Of a stretch of 41,596 nucleotides of DNA, positions 39,670 to 41,596 are shown in pieces. Source of the DNA: Microcoleaceae cyanobacterium. GTDB taxonomy: Bacteria > Cyanobacteriota > Cyanobacteriia > Cyanobacteriales > Microcoleaceae. Location of the stretch: contig JBOFUV010000029.1 in assembly GCA_051652765.1 (NCBI GenBank), forward strand, positions 1 to 41,596, given 5' to 3'. Position 1 is the stretch's first letter; the number at the start of each line of letters is the position of its first letter. A program made the translations under genes and the position numbers. The notes below the pieces were generated by a model. The model was not told where the DNA came from. It did not search any database and worked only from the letters and a program-made list of their open reading frames with translations.

Positions 39670-41383
39670 AGCCCAAGCGGAAACGCAAAAAGCAGCCCGA
39701 AAACAGGAATTCCTCAGGCTCAATGCTGAATCCCTAGCGGCACTTGCAACGTTTGTGGACTTTGCCGAAGGGCTGACGATTGGCTTTGTCGAACTTAATT
39801 TTCCGCCGGATGCCGAAATTCTCCTAGAAGCCCTGCAACAAAATCCTGGCTGCCAAGATATACAATTTGCCGCTATCGACTTTTGGGAACAGAAGGATTT
39901 AAAGTTCCTCCGGGATGAACTGGTCAAACGCTTGCAAACCATTGAACGGGAACCCAGCAAGAAGTTGGTTTTAGTGCTGCAAAACCTGTCCCAAGCGATT
40001 GGGGTCTTCGGGGACTATCCCCCGATTTTGCAAGACCTCAACTTCGTTCGGGATGCCTACACCCTCAGCGTTCCCCATCCCCTGCTGCTGATCCTGCCAA
40101 ACTTCGCCATCAGCCGCTCGGCCCGATTTGCTCCCGACTTCTGGGCCTGGAAATCGGGGGTGTTTGTCTTTGCCAGCCCGCAAGTTGCTCAGGACGAAGC
40201 CAGACTACAGGCCGCAGCACTAGACGACTTAGACCTCAGCGAACCCGTACCCCAAGAACGCATTGCTGAACTGGAAGGACTCCTGATGGAACATTACCCT
40301 TCCGGACGACCCTGCCCTCCCGAAAACTGGGAAACCTGTAGCGATCTCTTTCTAAAACTGGGAAAAGCCTACTTGAGCCGCGAAAATTATCCGCAAGCCG
40401 AAGCCTATCTGCAAGAATCCCTCAAGTTTGCTCAGAAACTCAACAACCTACAAAGAACTGCCGAATCCTTCCGGTATTGGGGTTACGCCCTTTGGAATTT
40501 GGGTCGCTACGAGAAAGTGATCGCCTCTTTCGACAAAGCCCTGGAAATCAGACCTGACTTCTATGTAGCCTGGAACAACCGAGGCAATGCCCTTTGGGAT
40601 TTAGGTCGCTACGAAGAAGCGATCGCCTCCTTTGACAAAGCCCTAGAAATCAGACCTGACTTCTATGTAGCCTGGAACCTCCGAGGCATTGCTCTTTTGA
40701 ATTTAGGTCGCCATGAAGAAGCGATCGCCGCCTGTGACCAAGCCCTGGAAATCAAACCCGACGACCATTCCGCCTGGAACCTCCGAGGCATTGCCCTTAG
40801 GGATTTAGGTCGCTACGAGGAAGCGATCGCCTCCTTTGACAAAGCCCTGGAAATCAAATCTGACTTCCCTGAAGCCTGGAACTTCCGAGGCATTGCCCTT
40901 AGGGATTTAGGTCGCTACGAGGAAGCGATCGCCTCCTTTGACAAAGCCCTAGAAATCAGACCTGACTTCTATGTAGCCTGGAACCTCCGAGGCATTGCCC
41001 TTAGGGATTTAGGTCGCTACGAGGAAGCGATCGCCTCCTATGACAAAGCCCTGGAAATTCAGCCTAACGATCATTCCGCCTGGTTCTGCCGAGGCATTGC
41101 CCTCTACAATTTAGAACGCTACGAGGAAGCGATCGCCTCCTTTGACAAAGCCCTGGAAATTCAGCCTAACGATCCTAATGCTTTTTACAGCAAAGCCTGT
41201 TGTTATGGCTTGCAAAACAACGTTGAACTTGCCCTGAAAAATCTGGAGCAAGCGATTAATCTTGATCAAGAATATTTAGAAATGGCAAAGACGGATTCTG
41301 ACTTTGATAGTGTTCGAGGGGATGAGCGGTTTCAGGCGTTGGTTCGGGGGAGTTTGGAGGAGGGGAATCGGGAGTTGATTTGA
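39620..41383 (+). CDS. TPR-repeat protein with N-terminal alpha/beta domain (possibly an inactive P-loop NTPase)
   Basis: LNFVRD, LLLILP, APDFWAWKS N-domain with no Walker A; about 9 TPRs; capping YSKACCY...D.DFDSVR.DERF. GTG start overlaps the ATPase by 50 nt; exact start uncertain. Confidence 0.85.
   Translation: MTSSNLPFETLRTHPLEAQAETQKAARKQEFLRLNAESLAALATFVDFAEGLTIGFVELNFPPDAEILLEALQQNPGCQDIQFAAIDFWEQKDLKFLRDELVKRLQTIEREPSKKLVLVLQNLSQAIGVFGDYPPILQDLNFVRDAYTLSVPHPLLLILPNFAISRSARFAPDFWAWKSGVFVFASPQVAQDEARLQAAALDDLDLSEPVPQERIAELEGLLMEHYPSGRPCPPENWETCSDLFLKLGKAYLSRENYPQAEAYLQESLKFAQKLNNLQRTAESFRYWGYALWNLGRYEKVIASFDKALEIRPDFYVAWNNRGNALWDLGRYEEAIASFDKALEIRPDFYVAWNLRGIALLNLGRHEEAIAACDQALEIKPDDHSAWNLRGIALRDLGRYEEAIASFDKALEIKSDFPEAWNFRGIALRDLGRYEEAIASFDKALEIRPDFYVAWNLRGIALRDLGRYEEAIASYDKALEIQPNDHSAWFCRGIALYNLERYEEAIASFDKALEIQPNDPNAFYSKACCYGLQNNVELALKNLEQAINLDQEYLEMAKTDSDFDSVRGDERFQALVRGSLEEGNRELI
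40559..41170 (+). repeat. Six near-identical 102-bp TPR-coding repeats (plus a partial one upstream)
   Basis: GCGATCGC recurs at 40619, 40721, 40823, 40925, 41027 and 41129 (period 102). Confidence 0.95.
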
Positions 41384-41533
41384 GTTCTATTACACTTTAT
41401 TGAGCTTTCAAAAGTTGGTTCGAGGGAGTTCTAAAGACTTATAGTTCGATTGTTGAGAGGATTTCATCAACAGATTGACCTCGTTTTTGTAAACAATCCA
41501 GGCTTCAGACATAGGGTTCATCATCCTGAAACC

Positions 41534-41596
41534 CTACTGAACTCTGATATCAACCACTGTTGCATTAAAGTTATAGGCATCCCCTTCTAGCTCAAC
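41534..41596 (-). CDS. Possible 3' end of a CDS entering from beyond the window
   Basis: Minus-strand frame open from the edge: VELEGDAYNFNATVVDIRVQ*, TAG at 41536-41534. Only 20 codons are visible. Confidence 0.35.
   Translation of the reverse strand, partial: VELEGDAYNFNATVVDIRVQ

Noticed and set aside
40559..41170. A complete diversity-generating retroelement in this window
   Set aside because: No reverse transcriptase, Avd or non-coding template repeat is visible, and some variable codons are not explained by adenine-only changes.

Overview
Cyanobacterial chromosomal window. Evidence for this includes frequent HIP1 GCGATCGC octamers, psb27, the DUF2997-Ycf35-ferredoxin operon, long-form ThiE and glutaredoxin-type ArsC. 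It holds about 35 CDS, tRNA-Glu(TTC) and initiator tRNA-Met(CAT). Most genes are housekeeping (clpS, recF, psb27, photolyase, alpha-amylase, larE, rplY, codA, arsC, thiS, thiE). The most notable elements are: (1) a compact FAAL + ACP + PLP alpha-oxoamine synthase locus with a divergent Rieske oxygenase, directly beside wza/wzc, which is a candidate aminolipid/sphingoid-like or polysaccharide-anchor lipid pathway; (2) an overlapping pair of a STAND-like ATPase and a protein with a degenerate NTPase-like domain plus near-identical 102-bp TPR repeats that vary at focused codons, a candidate split NLR-like system; (3) two unusual c-di-GMP-related architectures, a TagA/WecG glycosyltransferase with MshEN-like motifs and a HisKA-EAL fusion; (4) two dispersed palindromic repeat families and many locus-specific 10-16 bp microduplications. 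All family assignments come from recognising motifs by eye; no searches were run.
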